This document shows, piece by piece, positions 9,273-19,857 of a stretch of 64,000 nt of DNA; within the stretch, counting starts at the first letter, position 1, and each line of letters begins with the position of its first letter. Location: the NCBI GenBank assembly GCA_965199955.1, contig CBDATQ010000001.1:1472001-1536000 (forward strand). The letters run 5' to 3'. The notes beneath the pieces were generated by a model that made no database searches, had not been told where the DNA came from, and saw only the letters and a program-made list of their open reading frames with translations. Position numbers and translations under genes: made by a program. This DNA comes from Spirochaetia bacterium. Its GTDB lineage: Bacteria; Spirochaetota; Spirochaetia; SZUA-6; Bin103.

Positions 9273-10888
9273 GCGTCCGATTCGCGATAGCGGATGTCCG
9301 CCTCCACCTTCTCCACGACGATGCCGTTTCCGTACATGGCGGGACCGTAGGGGGCGCGCTCGCCCGAGGCGATGGAGACGCGGTTCTCGCCGACGATCAG
9401 GTCGGCGGCCGGCAGCTCGAAGGTGATCTCCAGGAGCTTCTGCTCGGGATCCTCGACGTAGGAGGGGATGCTGCCGGCATGCGGTTGCGGCCCGCCGCCG
9501 TAGATCTGCGCGTCCTTGACCGTGGCGTCACGGCCCAGCTCGCGCAGGCGCCGTCCTCCCAGCCACACGTCGATCCGGTCCTGCGGATCGGCGGCCCACA
9601 GGATCACGCGCAGGCGCGCGTCGGCGACCGTGTCGGCCTGGACGTCGCGCCAGACGTAGAGCGGCAAGTGCACGGGCTGTCCGTGGTTGGGGAGCTCCGT
9701 CGGCAGCGGCCGGTCGTGGTTGCAGCAGTAGAAGCAGCCCTCGTCGGTCCAGGGGAAGCCGCCGCGGCGCTCGATGACGTAGGTGGCGTCGCGGCCGGTC
9801 ATGGCGGCCGGCTCGCCGATCAGGAACATGGCCTCGGTGTGCTGGCCGTAGGTGCCGGCCATCACGTCGCCCTGGGAGCCCAGCTGGGTGTAGTGCTCCT
9901 CGGGCGCCGTGGGCCAGTTGAAGACGTTCACGAAGTCCACGCCCTGCGCCCAGAAGTTGGAGAAGGCGCCGAGGAAGACCTCCAGCGACGGGCTGCAGTA
10001 GCCGTCCGTGGAGTGGTGGGCGTCGTGCGTGGCGGCGATCCGGATCGGGGTGCCGGCGGCGATGCTGCGGAAGCCGGCGACGTCGATGGTGAGCGTGCGC
10101 GAGCCGATCACGAAGATGTCGACCAGCAGCTCGCGCGCCCAGGTGGCGACGTCCAGGCCGTCGACCGCGCAGCCGGCCACCGTCTCCGGCACCTTGACGG
10201 CCAGCAGGATCGGCCTGCCGTTCCGCGCCTCCATCTCAAGACTCATCTCCCGCACGCCGCGAATGTAGGCGGTGGCGTCCTCGCGGTGCTGCCACTGGCG
10301 GCCGATCGGCAGGGTGGGCTGGTGGCGGGAGAAGTCGAGCTGCAGGCCGTCGAAGGCGTAGCGGGCCAGCAGCTCGCGGAGCACCGCCACCTTGTGCTCG
10401 CGCAGACCGGGCGAGGACAGGTCATAGAGCCCGTTCCACCACCAGCAGCGCTGCACCCAGTCGGGGTGCTCCTCCTTCAGCCAGTTCCGGCGCGCCGGGT
10501 CGGTGAGCGGCTGGCCGAGCGGCGGCTGCGCCGGGTCGACGGGCGCCACGCGGCTGTTCCAGAACACCTCCAGCCCACGCCGGCGGGTCTCCTCGACCAG
10601 GGTGCCGACGAAGTCCACCCCCTGCTCCCGCCACCGGTTGAGGCCCGGCTCGTCGAGCAGCGGCAGCTTGTCGTTCTCGTAGAGCGCGTAGGCGTCCTCG
10701 CCGTCGCCCACGTCCCAGATGAAGCCGTCGATCTGGTTGCCTTCCAGGTCGGCGTGGTGGAAGCGCAGGTCCACGTACTCCTGCATCGGGATGCCCAGCA
10801 GGTCGATCGGAGTCATCCCGTCCATCTGGTCGAGGATGCGCCGCCGCCGACCTACCGCTGCCAAGTGCGCGTCGCTGAGCCGAATCAT
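9269..10888 (-). CDS. GHL10-like TIM-barrel protein, paralog 2 (most divergent)
   Basis: YAFDGLQLDFSRH, GLDVATWARELLVD, VNVFNW; ATGA overlap with the oppD-like gene. Confidence 0.6.
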   Translation of the reverse strand: MIRLSDAHLAAVGRRRRILDQMDGMTPIDLLGIPMQEYVDLRFHHADLEGNQIDGFIWDVGDGEDAYALYENDKLPLLDEPGLNRWREQGVDFVGTLVEETRRRGLEVFWNSRVAPVDPAQPPLGQPLTDPARRNWLKEEHPDWVQRCWWWNGLYDLSSPGLREHKVAVLRELLARYAFDGLQLDFSRHQPTLPIGRQWQHREDATAYIRGVREMSLEMEARNGRPILLAVKVPETVAGCAVDGLDVATWARELLVDIFVIGSRTLTIDVAGFRSIAAGTPIRIAATHDAHHSTDGYCSPSLEVFLGAFSNFWAQGVDFVNVFNWPTAPEEHYTQLGSQGDVMAGTYGQHTEAMFLIGEPAAMTGRDATYVIERRGGFPWTDEGCFYCCNHDRPLPTELPNHGQPVHLPLYVWRDVQADTVADARLRVILWAADPQDRIDVWLGGRRLRELGRDATVKDAQIYGGGPQPHAGSIPSYVEDPEQKLLEITFELPAADLIVGENRVSIASGERAPYGPAMYGNGIVVEKVEADIRYRESDA

Positions 10889-10983
10889 GCGTTCAGCGTA
10901 TGGGATTGGCGATGGATCGCAAAGACGCCCGAACGCTGCCTGATCCTCTGCTACCGGGCCGCGGGGGTTATAGTGAGCGGACG

Positions 10984-13419
10984 ATGGCGAACGTGAAGGT
11001 CGTCTACAACGAGCAGCAGAAGGCGCTGGAGCTGCTGCTGCGGACGATCGACCGGCCCGGAGATTACTGTACCGCGGACCGGTTGCTGGCGCCGATGCCG
11101 CGCGTGGCGGTGGACGGGGCCGGTTCGCTTTCCTTTCCGGTCACCGAGGAGCAGGCGCGCGCGCTGGCCTCGGCGGGGGAGCAGGCGCCCTACGGACGGG
11201 GCGAGGAGACGCTGGTGGACAGCTCCGTCCGCGCGTGCCGGCAGATCGACGCGGAGCGCGTGAGCATTACCGGCGGCGCGTGGGACGACACGTTGGACAA
11301 GGTCGTCGATCGGGCGGCAACCGGCCTCGGCTGCCCGCCCGAATTCACGTCGGCGCATCTGTACAAGCTGCTGGTGTACGAGCTGGGCGGGTTCTTCGCT
11401 CCGCACCGGGATACCGAGAAGGTCGTCGGCATGGTCGCGACGCTGGTGGTGTCGCTGCCGGTGGTCGGCGCCGGCGGCGAGCTGGTCATCCGCCACCGGC
11501 AGCGCAGCACGGTCGTCGATCTGCATACCGACGAGCCGTCCGAGCTCGCCTTCGCCGCGTTCTACGCCGACTGCGTCCACGGTAGCCGGCCGGTGACGGC
11601 CGGCTACCGTATCGTGCTGGTCTACCATCTGGTCGTGCGGGGCGCCGCTGCCGCCGTACTGCAGGCCGCGCCTGACTTCGACGCGCAGGAGGAACAGGTC
11701 GCGGACCAGCTCCGGGCGTGGGAAGCGAGCTCGTCGGCGGGCGACAAGCTGGTCTGGCTCCTGGAACACCAGTACAGCCAGGACGGCCTGTCGTTCGACG
11801 TGCTGAAGAACGCCGACTCGGCGCTGGGCCGGGTCCTCGCCCGCGCCGCGCAACGGGCGAATCACGCGCTGTACGCGGCCATCCTCAGCATCTACGAATC
11901 GGGCACCGTCGACGAGGACGGGGACTACTACGACTGGGACGAGGATGCCGACGATTGGGATGATTGGGACGCGCTGGAGGACATCGACTCCACCCGATCG
12001 CTGCTCGGATTGATCGCCGCGGATGGCTCCCGCCCCGACTACGGCGCGTTGCCGCTGCTGCCGGGGGAGTTGCTGCCGTCCGGGGCGCTGGATGACGCCG
12101 AACCGGACGACGAGGACGCTCACGTGACCGGCAACGAAGGGGTGCACGTATCCCGCAGCTATCACCGCGCGGCCCTGGTACTGTGGCCCCAGGCGAGGAC
12201 GCTGGGGACGATCGCCCGCGGCGGCATCGAGCACGCCGTCGCCTGGTTCGAGGATGAGGTGGCGCGGTCGCAGGACGACGCCGCGGCTCGGCGGAACCTG
12301 ACCGGCCTCGCCGCTCAGCTCATCGACACGTGGCCGGCGCCGGACGGCGTTCGCTTCTATCGTCGTGATGACACGGCCGGCGCGCCCCAAGCCTGCCGGG
12401 ACATGCTGCGCCTGCTGCGCCGGCTTGGGGACGAGGCGACGACCCGGCGCTTCCTGTGCGAGGTTGCCACTCCGCACTACAGCGGCGGCGAAACCGACGA
12501 GTTGCTGGCGACGGCGGCGGTCGTCGCGCCGGCTACCTTGCGCGCCTGGCTGCCGCGGTTCACCGAGACGAATCTGCCGCTCGCCCCGGAGGACGTCCTG
12601 CACCTTCTCCGGCGTCTGTGCCCGCAGGACGCCGCGTCCGCCGGTCTGGACCGGCTGCGGCGCCCGGCGCTGGCCGACGCGGCGCGCGCCGTCTGCCGGG
12701 CGCTGCCTGCGGTGGTGGGTGTCGAGGAGCCGGACCCGGACGCCGGCCTCGCGGCCGCACGGCGGCGCGACGTCCGGCCGCTGACCGCGCCGGCAATTAG
12801 CTCCCTGTTCGCGTTCCTCTGGCATTGCGCGCCGCCGGCAGAGGTCGAGGCGATCGCGGCGCTGCTGGTTCAGCACCCGGCAGCGGCGCCGCCGTATCGG
12901 GCCCTGCCGGAGGCGCTGGCGGAACTGGCGAACCTTCGCGGCACGACCGGTGACGCGGTCGAGCCCGCCGGGTTCGTCGCGCTCTGGCACCATGCCGCCG
13001 CCCTCCTGCTGGCGCGCAGCGCGGCGCCGCCGGAGGAACCCGTCGACTGGGTGATCGAGGCCAGCATCCCGCATCACTGCCCGCTGTGCGAACGGCTGCA
13101 AGCCTTCTGTGACTCGCCGGAGGCCACGACGGAGCGGTTCAGGGCGCGGCAGGATCTGCGCCAGCACGTCGAGTCGATGATCTCCCGCCTGACGCTGGAC
13201 ATCGCCTGCAAGACCGAGCGCAAGGGCAGCCCTCACACCCTGATCTGCACCAAGAACCGCGCAACGTTTCGGCGGCGGTGCGAACAGTACGCCGCGGACG
13301 TCGCCCACATGCGGCTGCTGGTCGCCGCTGCCCCCCGGAGCAGCACCGATGGCGGCTGTGCTGAGGATATGCAGCACCTGCGGGAGGCGATTGCGGACGA
13401 GGATGCCTCCGATGCGTAG
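10984..13419 (+). CDS. Large 2OG-Fe(II) oxygenase-domain protein
   Basis: Start MANVKVVY at 10984; LYKLLVY..GGFFAPHRDTEK (HxD), YADCVH, GYRIVLVY; acidic linker and long helical C-terminus. Confidence 0.8.
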   Translation: MANVKVVYNEQQKALELLLRTIDRPGDYCTADRLLAPMPRVAVDGAGSLSFPVTEEQARALASAGEQAPYGRGEETLVDSSVRACRQIDAERVSITGGAWDDTLDKVVDRAATGLGCPPEFTSAHLYKLLVYELGGFFAPHRDTEKVVGMVATLVVSLPVVGAGGELVIRHRQRSTVVDLHTDEPSELAFAAFYADCVHGSRPVTAGYRIVLVYHLVVRGAAAAVLQAAPDFDAQEEQVADQLRAWEASSSAGDKLVWLLEHQYSQDGLSFDVLKNADSALGRVLARAAQRANHALYAAILSIYESGTVDEDGDYYDWDEDADDWDDWDALEDIDSTRSLLGLIAADGSRPDYGALPLLPGELLPSGALDDAEPDDEDAHVTGNEGVHVSRSYHRAALVLWPQARTLGTIARGGIEHAVAWFEDEVARSQDDAAARRNLTGLAAQLIDTWPAPDGVRFYRRDDTAGAPQACRDMLRLLRRLGDEATTRRFLCEVATPHYSGGETDELLATAAVVAPATLRAWLPRFTETNLPLAPEDVLHLLRRLCPQDAASAGLDRLRRPALADAARAVCRALPAVVGVEEPDPDAGLAAARRRDVRPLTAPAISSLFAFLWHCAPPAEVEAIAALLVQHPAAAPPYRALPEALAELANLRGTTGDAVEPAGFVALWHHAAALLLARSAAPPEEPVDWVIEASIPHHCPLCERLQAFCDSPEATTERFRARQDLRQHVESMISRLTLDIACKTERKGSPHTLICTKNRATFRRRCEQYAADVAHMRLLVAAAPRSSTDGGCAEDMQHLREAIADEDASDA

Positions 13420-15022
13420 TTCGGTCAGGCGCAAGTTCAATACGGAAGGCCCCATCCGCGCGGACCGGCACTATCACATTCCGCCGCTGACGCGGATCGA
13501 TCTCGACGACGTGCTCGGCCTCATCCGTGATGAGAAGTACTTCGTGCTGCACGCGCCGCGGCAGACCGGCAAGACCTCGGCGCTGCTGGCGCTGCGCGAC
13601 CTGCTGAACGGCGGCGGCGCCGGCGACTACCGTTGCGTGTACGCGAACGTCGAGGCCGGCCAGGCGATGCGCGAGAACGTGGCGGAGGGCATGCGCACGG
13701 TCCTTGCCCAGGTGGCGTTTCGGGCCAGCGTGACGCTGCACGACGAAACCCTGGAGGACCTCTGGCCCGCCCTCCTGGAGCGCGTCGGGCCGGGGCAGGC
13801 GCTGCACCAGGCGCTGGCGCGCTGGAGCATGGCCGACCCGCGTCCGCTGGTGCTGCTGATCGACGAGATCGACGCGCTGGTGGGAGACACCCTGCTGTCG
13901 GTGCTGCGGCAGCTTCGCGCCGGCTACGACCAGCGCCCGGACGGATTCCCGCACAGCATCGTCCTGTGCGGCGTGCGCGACGTACGCGACTACCGCATCC
14001 ACTCGTCCGCCGAGGACCGGCTGGTGCTCGGCGGCAGCGCCTTCAACATCAAGTCCAGGTCGCTGCGAATGGGCGACTTCTCGGAGCAGGAAGTGCGCAC
14101 GCTGCTGGCTCAGCACACGGCGGCGACGGGTCAAGCGTTCACGGAGGACGCGCTGCGGCTGATCCTGGCACGCACCGCCGGGCAGCCGTGGCTGGTGAAC
14201 GCGCTGTGCCGGGAGGCGTGCTTCGACGACAAGGCAGGCCGCGACCGCTCCCGCCCGATCGCGGAACAGGCGATTCTGGAAGCGCAGGAACGGCTGATCC
14301 TGCGCCGCGACACCCACATCGACGACCTGGCGAACAAGCTGCGGGAAGAGCGCGTGCGGCGCGTGATCGAGCCGATTCTGACCGGCTCCGCCGAAGCCTC
14401 CTGCTCGGCCGAAGACCTCGCCTACGCCCGCGACCTGGGCTTGGTGGCGGACGACGCCGGCGGCCCGCCGCGCATCGCCAACCCGATCTACGCGGAGGTG
14501 GTGCCGCGGCACCTGAACTACGCGGTACAGGAGACGCTGCCGCAGCAGATGGCGTGGTACGTGGACGCCTCGGGCGCCCTGGACGTGACGGGACTGATCG
14601 AGGCGTTCCAGGCGTTCTTCCGGGAGCACTCCGAGCACTGGGTGCAGCGCTTCGAGCAGTACCACGAGGCGGGGCCGCAGTTGCTCCTGCAGGCGCACCT
14701 GCAGCGGGTGGTGAACGGCGGCGGGCGGATCGAGCGGGAGTACGCGCTGGGGCGCGGACGGACGGATCTGCTGATCGTGTGGTCGCAGGGCGGGCGCGAG
14801 CGGCGGTTCGTGGTGGAGTGCAAGGTGCGGCGCGGCGACCTGGAGCGGGCCATCGCCGACGGCATCGAACAGACGCGCTGGTACATCGACCGCTGCGCGG
14901 CGGAGGCGGGCCACCTGATCGTGTTCGACCGGTCGCCGGAGCGAAGCTGGGAGGAGAAGATCTTCCGCCGTGATGCGCCGCCGGGCGCGGGCGCTACTCG
15001 GGTCACCGTCTGGGGCATGTGA
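13412..15022 (+). CDS. AAA-family ATPase with C-terminal PD-(D/E)xK-like nuclease domain
   Basis: Walker A HAPRQTGKTS, Walker B LLIDEID, C-terminal GRGRTDLLI...FVVECK; ATG 13412 overlaps the upstream stop. Confidence 0.8.
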   Translation: MRSSVRRKFNTEGPIRADRHYHIPPLTRIDLDDVLGLIRDEKYFVLHAPRQTGKTSALLALRDLLNGGGAGDYRCVYANVEAGQAMRENVAEGMRTVLAQVAFRASVTLHDETLEDLWPALLERVGPGQALHQALARWSMADPRPLVLLIDEIDALVGDTLLSVLRQLRAGYDQRPDGFPHSIVLCGVRDVRDYRIHSSAEDRLVLGGSAFNIKSRSLRMGDFSEQEVRTLLAQHTAATGQAFTEDALRLILARTAGQPWLVNALCREACFDDKAGRDRSRPIAEQAILEAQERLILRRDTHIDDLANKLREERVRRVIEPILTGSAEASCSAEDLAYARDLGLVADDAGGPPRIANPIYAEVVPRHLNYAVQETLPQQMAWYVDASGALDVTGLIEAFQAFFREHSEHWVQRFEQYHEAGPQLLLQAHLQRVVNGGGRIEREYALGRGRTDLLIVWSQGGRERRFVVECKVRRGDLERAIADGIEQTRWYIDRCAAEAGHLIVFDRSPERSWEEKIFRRDAPPGAGATRVTVWGM

Positions 15023-15317
15023 CGCCTACCTGCGCGACCAGGCGACCCGCGAGGTCAAGGAGCGGCTCGCCGAGATCTTCGACCCTGACGAGGGCGGCTG
15101 CTACCAGCGGCTGCTGCCGCTGCCGGCGGTCGACGAGATCGACGTCGGGGCCGAGCGCATCACGCTGATCGTTGCCGAACCGCACGCGGCGGGTCTGCAC
15201 CCGGACCTGCGCACTCTCTACGAGCAGCACACCTACCGCAACCGGCTGTGCTTTCTTACCGGTCAGCGTGCCTTCGATTCGCTGCTCGAAAGCGCCCGCG
15301 AACTCAAGGCGATTAAC

Positions 15318-17310
15318 CCGAAGTTCCAGAGCGTGAATCTCTCGTAACTTCATTGACAGAAAATTAGTTGCAAGGTGATCTGCGTGCTGATTGGCGTCGT
15401 TTCGTGTCCATGCAGATGGTGGTGAATAGCGGCGAGATACATGCTATTTGATCTTGACATATCGTGACTTGTGTGTATTCTGTTGCCACAGATCAGTAGT
15501 CATGTACATCGAGTCTGTCCCCAACCGCTCCTCTCCCCCTGCCATCCTGCTCCGCGAGTCCTACCGCGAGCACGGCAAGGTCAAGAAGCGCACGCTCGCG
15601 AACCTCTCCAAATGGCCCCCTGATCTGGTCGACGGCTTGCGCACCCTGCTCAAGGGCGGCCACGCCTTCGCCTCGGTCTCGGATGCGTTGCTGCTCACGC
15701 GCTCGCTGCCCCACGGCCACGTCGCCGCCGTGCTGGGCATCCTCAAGCAGCTCGGACTCCATACCCTCATCGCCCGCAAGGCCAGCCGCTCGCGCGAGCT
15801 GATCATCGCCATGATCACCGCCCGCGTCATCGACGCGCAGTCCAAACTGGCCACCGCCCGCGCGCTCTCACCGCCCAGCGCCGTGTCCACCCTGGGCGAG
15901 TCGCTGCGGTTGGGGGAGGTCGATGAGAACGAGCTCTACGAGGCGATGGACTGGTTGGTCGGGCGCCAGGCGGCGATCGAGGACCGCCTGGCCGAACAGC
16001 ACCTCAGCGAGCACACGCTGGTGCTCTACGACGTGAGCTCGACCTACTTCGAGGGCAGCCACTGCGAGCTGGCGCAGTTGGGACACAGCCGTGACGGCAA
16101 GTCGGGCACGCTGCAGATCGTGTTCGGGCTGCTGTGCACCCAGGAAGGCTGTCCGGTGGCGGTGGAGGTATTCCCTGGCTCTACCGCCGACCCGAAGACG
16201 GTGAGCGCGCAGGTGGACAAGATCCGCACCCGCTTCGGACTCACGCGGGTGGTGCTGGTCGGCGACCGCGGGATGCTGAGCGCGGCGAGGATCCGCGAGG
16301 ACCTGCAAGAGGTGGAGGGGCTGCGCTGGATCACCACGCTGCGCGCGCCGACGATCCGCAAGCTGGTGGCCGCCGGCGAGGTGGCGCCGTCGTTGTTCGA
16401 CGAGCGCGACCTGGCCGAGATCACCAGCGAGGAGTTTCCGGGCGAGCGGCTGATCGTGTGCCGCAACCCGTTGCTGGCCGACGAACGGGAGCGCAAGCGC
16501 CAGGAGCTGCTACAGGCCACCGAGCAGAAGCTGGCCCCGATCGCTCAGGCCACCCAGCGCGTCCATCAGCCGCTACGGGGCGAGGCCGAGATCGGCATGC
16601 GGGTCGGCAAGGTGATCAATCACTACAAGGTGGGCAAGCACTTCGTGACCGAGATCACCTCCGAGTCGTTCAGCTTTCGGCGCGATGAGGCCAAGATCGA
16701 CGCCGAGCAGGCGCTGGACGGGCTGTACATCGTGCGCAGCAACGTGGAGCCGCAGGTGCTCGACGCGGCGCAGACGGTGCGCGCCTACAAGGGGCTGTCG
16801 AAGGTGGAGCGGGCGTTTCGGTGCATGAAGTCCGTGGACCTGAAGGTGCGCCCGATTCACCACCGGCGCGCGGATCGAGTGCGGGCGCACGTGCTGCTGT
16901 GCATGCTGGCCTACTACGTGGAGTGGCACATGCGGCGCTCGTTGGCGCCGTTGCTGTTCGACGATCACGATCGACAGGGCGCCGAGCGCAAGCGGGTCTC
17001 CGAGGTGGCTCCGGCGCAGCGATCGGCGGCCGCGGCGGCCAAGGCGTCGAGCAAGCGCACCGAGGACGGGTTGCCGGTGCACAGCTTTCGGACGCTGATC
17101 ACTGAACTGGGCACGCTGACGGCGAACACGATGCAGGTTGCAGAGGGCGGCAGCACGTTCACGCTGCACACGCACCCGACGCCGGTTCAGCAGCGCTGTT
17201 TCGAGCTGCTTGGGGTCACGCCCCGCATGTAGCCATGCACAGGAACCTGCACCATTGAGAAACTACCCTGACCACAAGGACTTCAGGCAATTTCGCTCCT
17301 GGAACTTCGG
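15318..17310 (+). mobile_element. IS1634-family insertion sequence, complete
   Basis: Terminal inverted repeats CCGAAGTTCCAG... and ...CTGGAACTTCGG; 6-bp TSD ATTAAC at 15312-15317 and 17311-17316. Confidence 0.92.
15502..17232 (+). CDS. IS1634-family DDE transposase
   Basis: MYIESVPNRSSPPAILLRESYRE; LYDVSSTYFEG, VGDRGM, VERAFR. Confidence 0.92.
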   Translation: MYIESVPNRSSPPAILLRESYREHGKVKKRTLANLSKWPPDLVDGLRTLLKGGHAFASVSDALLLTRSLPHGHVAAVLGILKQLGLHTLIARKASRSRELIIAMITARVIDAQSKLATARALSPPSAVSTLGESLRLGEVDENELYEAMDWLVGRQAAIEDRLAEQHLSEHTLVLYDVSSTYFEGSHCELAQLGHSRDGKSGTLQIVFGLLCTQEGCPVAVEVFPGSTADPKTVSAQVDKIRTRFGLTRVVLVGDRGMLSAARIREDLQEVEGLRWITTLRAPTIRKLVAAGEVAPSLFDERDLAEITSEEFPGERLIVCRNPLLADERERKRQELLQATEQKLAPIAQATQRVHQPLRGEAEIGMRVGKVINHYKVGKHFVTEITSESFSFRRDEAKIDAEQALDGLYIVRSNVEPQVLDAAQTVRAYKGLSKVERAFRCMKSVDLKVRPIHHRRADRVRAHVLLCMLAYYVEWHMRRSLAPLLFDDHDRQGAERKRVSEVAPAQRSAAAAAKASSKRTEDGLPVHSFRTLITELGTLTANTMQVAEGGSTFTLHTHPTPVQQRCFELLGVTPRM

Positions 17311-17464
17311 ATTAACCAGATCATCGAGGAGATGCACGAGGAAGGCGTGGCCGACGGCGACCCGCAGATGCAGCAGGCGCGCGAGCAGCTCCTGCCGCGG
17401 TTTCTGACGCAGTTCCACAGCGCGACCCGGGAGACCTTCAGTAAGCGACCGGCGAAACCAGGCT

Positions 17465-19088
17465 CTATGAAGCCGGCGGCGGTGGACGCGCAGTCGGCAG
17501 GAGCGAGAGGTAGTCGGCGCGGGTGCGCGCATGCGGCAGCCTCTCGAACAGCTCGCGCAGATACCAGTACGGCTCGCGCCGGTTGGCCTTGGCGGTCTCG
17601 ATCAGGCTGTACAGGATCGCGCTCGCCTTGGCTCCGCGCGGGCTGCCGGAAAACAGCCAGTTCTTGCGGCCCACCACGAACGGGCGGATCGCCTGTTCGC
17701 AGGCGTTGTTGTCCGGGCTCATCTGCGGGTGGTCCAGATAGCGGATCAGCTTCGGCCACTCGCTGAGCGCGAAGGCCACCGCCTTGCCGAGCGCCGAGCC
17801 GGGCAGCACCTGGTCGCGTTTCTCCTGCAGCCAGCCGTGGAACTTCGCCAGCACCGGTTGCACCTGTGCGCGCCGCGCGGCCACGAACCGCTCAGGGTCC
17901 TTATCGCGGTACTTCGACAGTTCCGACTCGGCGCGGTACAGCTTGGCGATGAACCCCAGCGCATGCAGCGCCGCTGCGGCCCGGCTGGACACCTTGCCCA
18001 GCGCGTCGGCGGCCTCCTTGAACGCTCGCCGCACGTGCGCCCAACAGCCCACGTGCACGATGCCGGGCTGCGCACACGGGCGCGCGTAGCCGTCGTACCG
18101 GTCGGTCTGCACGTAGCCCTGGTAGTCGCCGATGATCTGGAAGGCTACCCGCGCGGCGCGGCTGGGCTCATAGCGGTACACCACCACCGGCTCATCAGGC
18201 AGACCGCCGCGCGCCACCCACACGTAGCTCAGGTCGGTGTTGGCGCGGTCCTGCTCCTTGAGCACCTGTACGGTGGTCTCGTCGATCTGCAGGGTCGGTC
18301 CGCAGCGCAGTTTGTCGAGCAGCGCCTCCATCAGCGCCTGGCAGGCTGTGGCGGCAGCGATCATCCAGTCCGACATCGTGCGCCGCGACAGCTCGACGCC
18401 GAGGCGCGCGAACTGCCGCTCCTGGCGGTACAGAGGCAGCGCGTCGCAGAACTTCGCCGTGGCGATAAACGCCAGCAATCCCTCCGAGGCCAGCCCCTCC
18501 GAGGCCAGCCCCTTCGGGATCAGCGCCGCCGGCGGCGGCGCGATCCGCACCGCCGGATGCTCTTCGTCGCCGGAGCCTTCGCAGTGATGACAGGCGTACT
18601 TGGGCCGCACCGTGCGGATCACCCGTACCTGCGGCGGGATCACGTCGAGCTTCTCGCAGGTGTCCTCGCCGATGCGCACCAGGGGGTGGCCACACTCGCA
18701 CTGCTTGTCCTGCTCGGGCAGGTCGATGACCTGCTCGATCCGTGGCAGCGCCTGCGGCAGCGGTCTGCGCCGCGGGCGGCTGCCAGTGCGCGCAAGCACC
18801 TCGGCGGCCGCCTGATCCGCGGACGGCTCATCGTCCGGCGACGGGCTGTCGGCGGAGTGTTCGATCTCATCGAACACTCGAATCTGCAGCCGCTCGGCGG
18901 CGGTGAGCTGTTCGGTACCGCGTCCATACAGCTTGTTCTTGAACCACTCCACCTGTTCTTCGTAGAGATCCAGCTTCTTTGTTCAGCTCCCGAAGTTTCG
19001 CGTCCAGATCGTCCTTTTCCAGGACCAGGCGACGATTCTCTTCGCGTAGCGCATCGCGTTCTTCGGCGACCGCTGGCGCGCTGGACAT
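17465..19088 (-). pseudogene. tnpC: IS66 transposase TnpC, frameshifted
   Basis: Zn-finger CECG, IDETTV, GCWAHVRR, DNNACEQAIRP, GRKNWLF. Extra A near 18979 separates the N-terminal coiled coil; 15-bp duplication (GLASEGLASEG) near 18481-18512. Confidence 0.85.
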
Positions 19089-19121
19089 GTAGATGCCATA
19101 GCACGAAATATGCTGACAGTG

Positions 19122-19472
19122 TCAACCCACCTCAGGCGATTTCCCGGTACCGGAGCTCCTCGTGGGTATGCTAGAAATCGATCCGATCAGCAGCATCCGA
19201 AGCTCCTCGATGCCGATCTCTCGGCGCGCCTCGGTCGCCGTTGGCGGCCACGGAAATCGCCCCTTCATCCACAGACAGAATCCCGTCCGATCCCAGTACA
19301 CCGCTTTCAGCACGCGCCGCCGCGCGTTGCAGAACACGAACAGCGCCGTCTCGAACGGACTGAGCTGCATCTGCTCCTGCACCAGCACTACCAGCCCGTT
19401 GACCTGCGTGCGCATATCGGTCGCCCCAGGCCGTACGAAGATCCGCGCCGCGCCCAGCTCCACCCGGATCAC
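19122..19472 (-). pseudogene. tnpB: IS66 accessory protein TnpB, damaged
   Basis: ATDMRTQVNGL, LFVFCN, YWDRTGFCLW; the usual KRLE before GRF is missing and the C-terminus looks frameshifted. Confidence 0.8.
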
Positions 19473-19783
19473 CGCTCGCCCTCCAGCGCCGCCAGTACTT
19501 CGCGCAGATCGGTAGCCCGCACCGACCGCCTCAGCTTCAGCACGTACCGCTGGCCGACCACCAGCTCGATCGTCGCGCCCGGCTCGGCACCGCCGCCGCG
19601 CTGCCCCAGTTCGACCAGCCGCTGACTCTCCGGCCCCGAGGACTGCCTCGACTTGCCCGCCCACCGGCACAGCGACGAATACGGCAGGCCATGCCGCTCG
19701 CTGTACGCCTTGCTCGACAGGCCGCTGCTCCGCCACTCGGCAACCTGCTGGCTCCAATACTCGCGCCCGTGTCTCTCGTTCAC
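19469..19783 (-). CDS. tnpA: IS66 accessory protein TnpA
   Basis: YWSQQVAEWRSSGLSSKAYSERHGL HTH-like segment; GTGA overlap with tnpB. Confidence 0.8.
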   Translation of the reverse strand: MNERHGREYWSQQVAEWRSSGLSSKAYSERHGLPYSSLCRWAGKSRQSSGPESQRLVELGQRGGGAEPGATIELVVGQRYVLKLRRSVRATDLREVLAALEGER

Positions 19784-19857
19784 CTCATCGTCCCTCTTGA
19801 CAGGGACGATCACCCGCTATTTCAGCCGTCGTAAGGTGGCGTTCAGCAGACGCTTAC

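Larger units (their letters stand above)
15020..17440 (+). pseudogene. Internal fragment of a DUF499-type ATPase (anti-phage restriction-like system), split by IS1634
   Basis: Removing the IS and one TSD restores ...ESARELKAIN-QIIEEMHEEGVADGDPQMQQ...SATRETF in one frame (15020-15317 plus 17317-17440). Family call is from recall and from the neighbouring fragments. Confidence 0.55.
17441..19857 (-). mobile_element. IS66-family element, degenerate
   Basis: Ends GTAAGCGACCGGCGAA (17441) and, on the minus strand, GTAAGCGTCTGCTGAA (19857); tnpA-tnpB-tnpC order; the 8-bp flanks do not match. Confidence 0.9.

Noticed and set aside
10951..13455. Long antisense ORFs (also 4798-6276, 13139-14914, 29125-31182, 49075-50505, 51857-53908, 58650-60494)
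   Set aside because: Typical high-GC shadow frames opposite well-supported genes, with no motifs.
18975..18982. Programmed frameshift in IS66 tnpC
   Set aside because: The element has several other lesions and no convincing slippery heptamer; more likely mutation or sequencing error.
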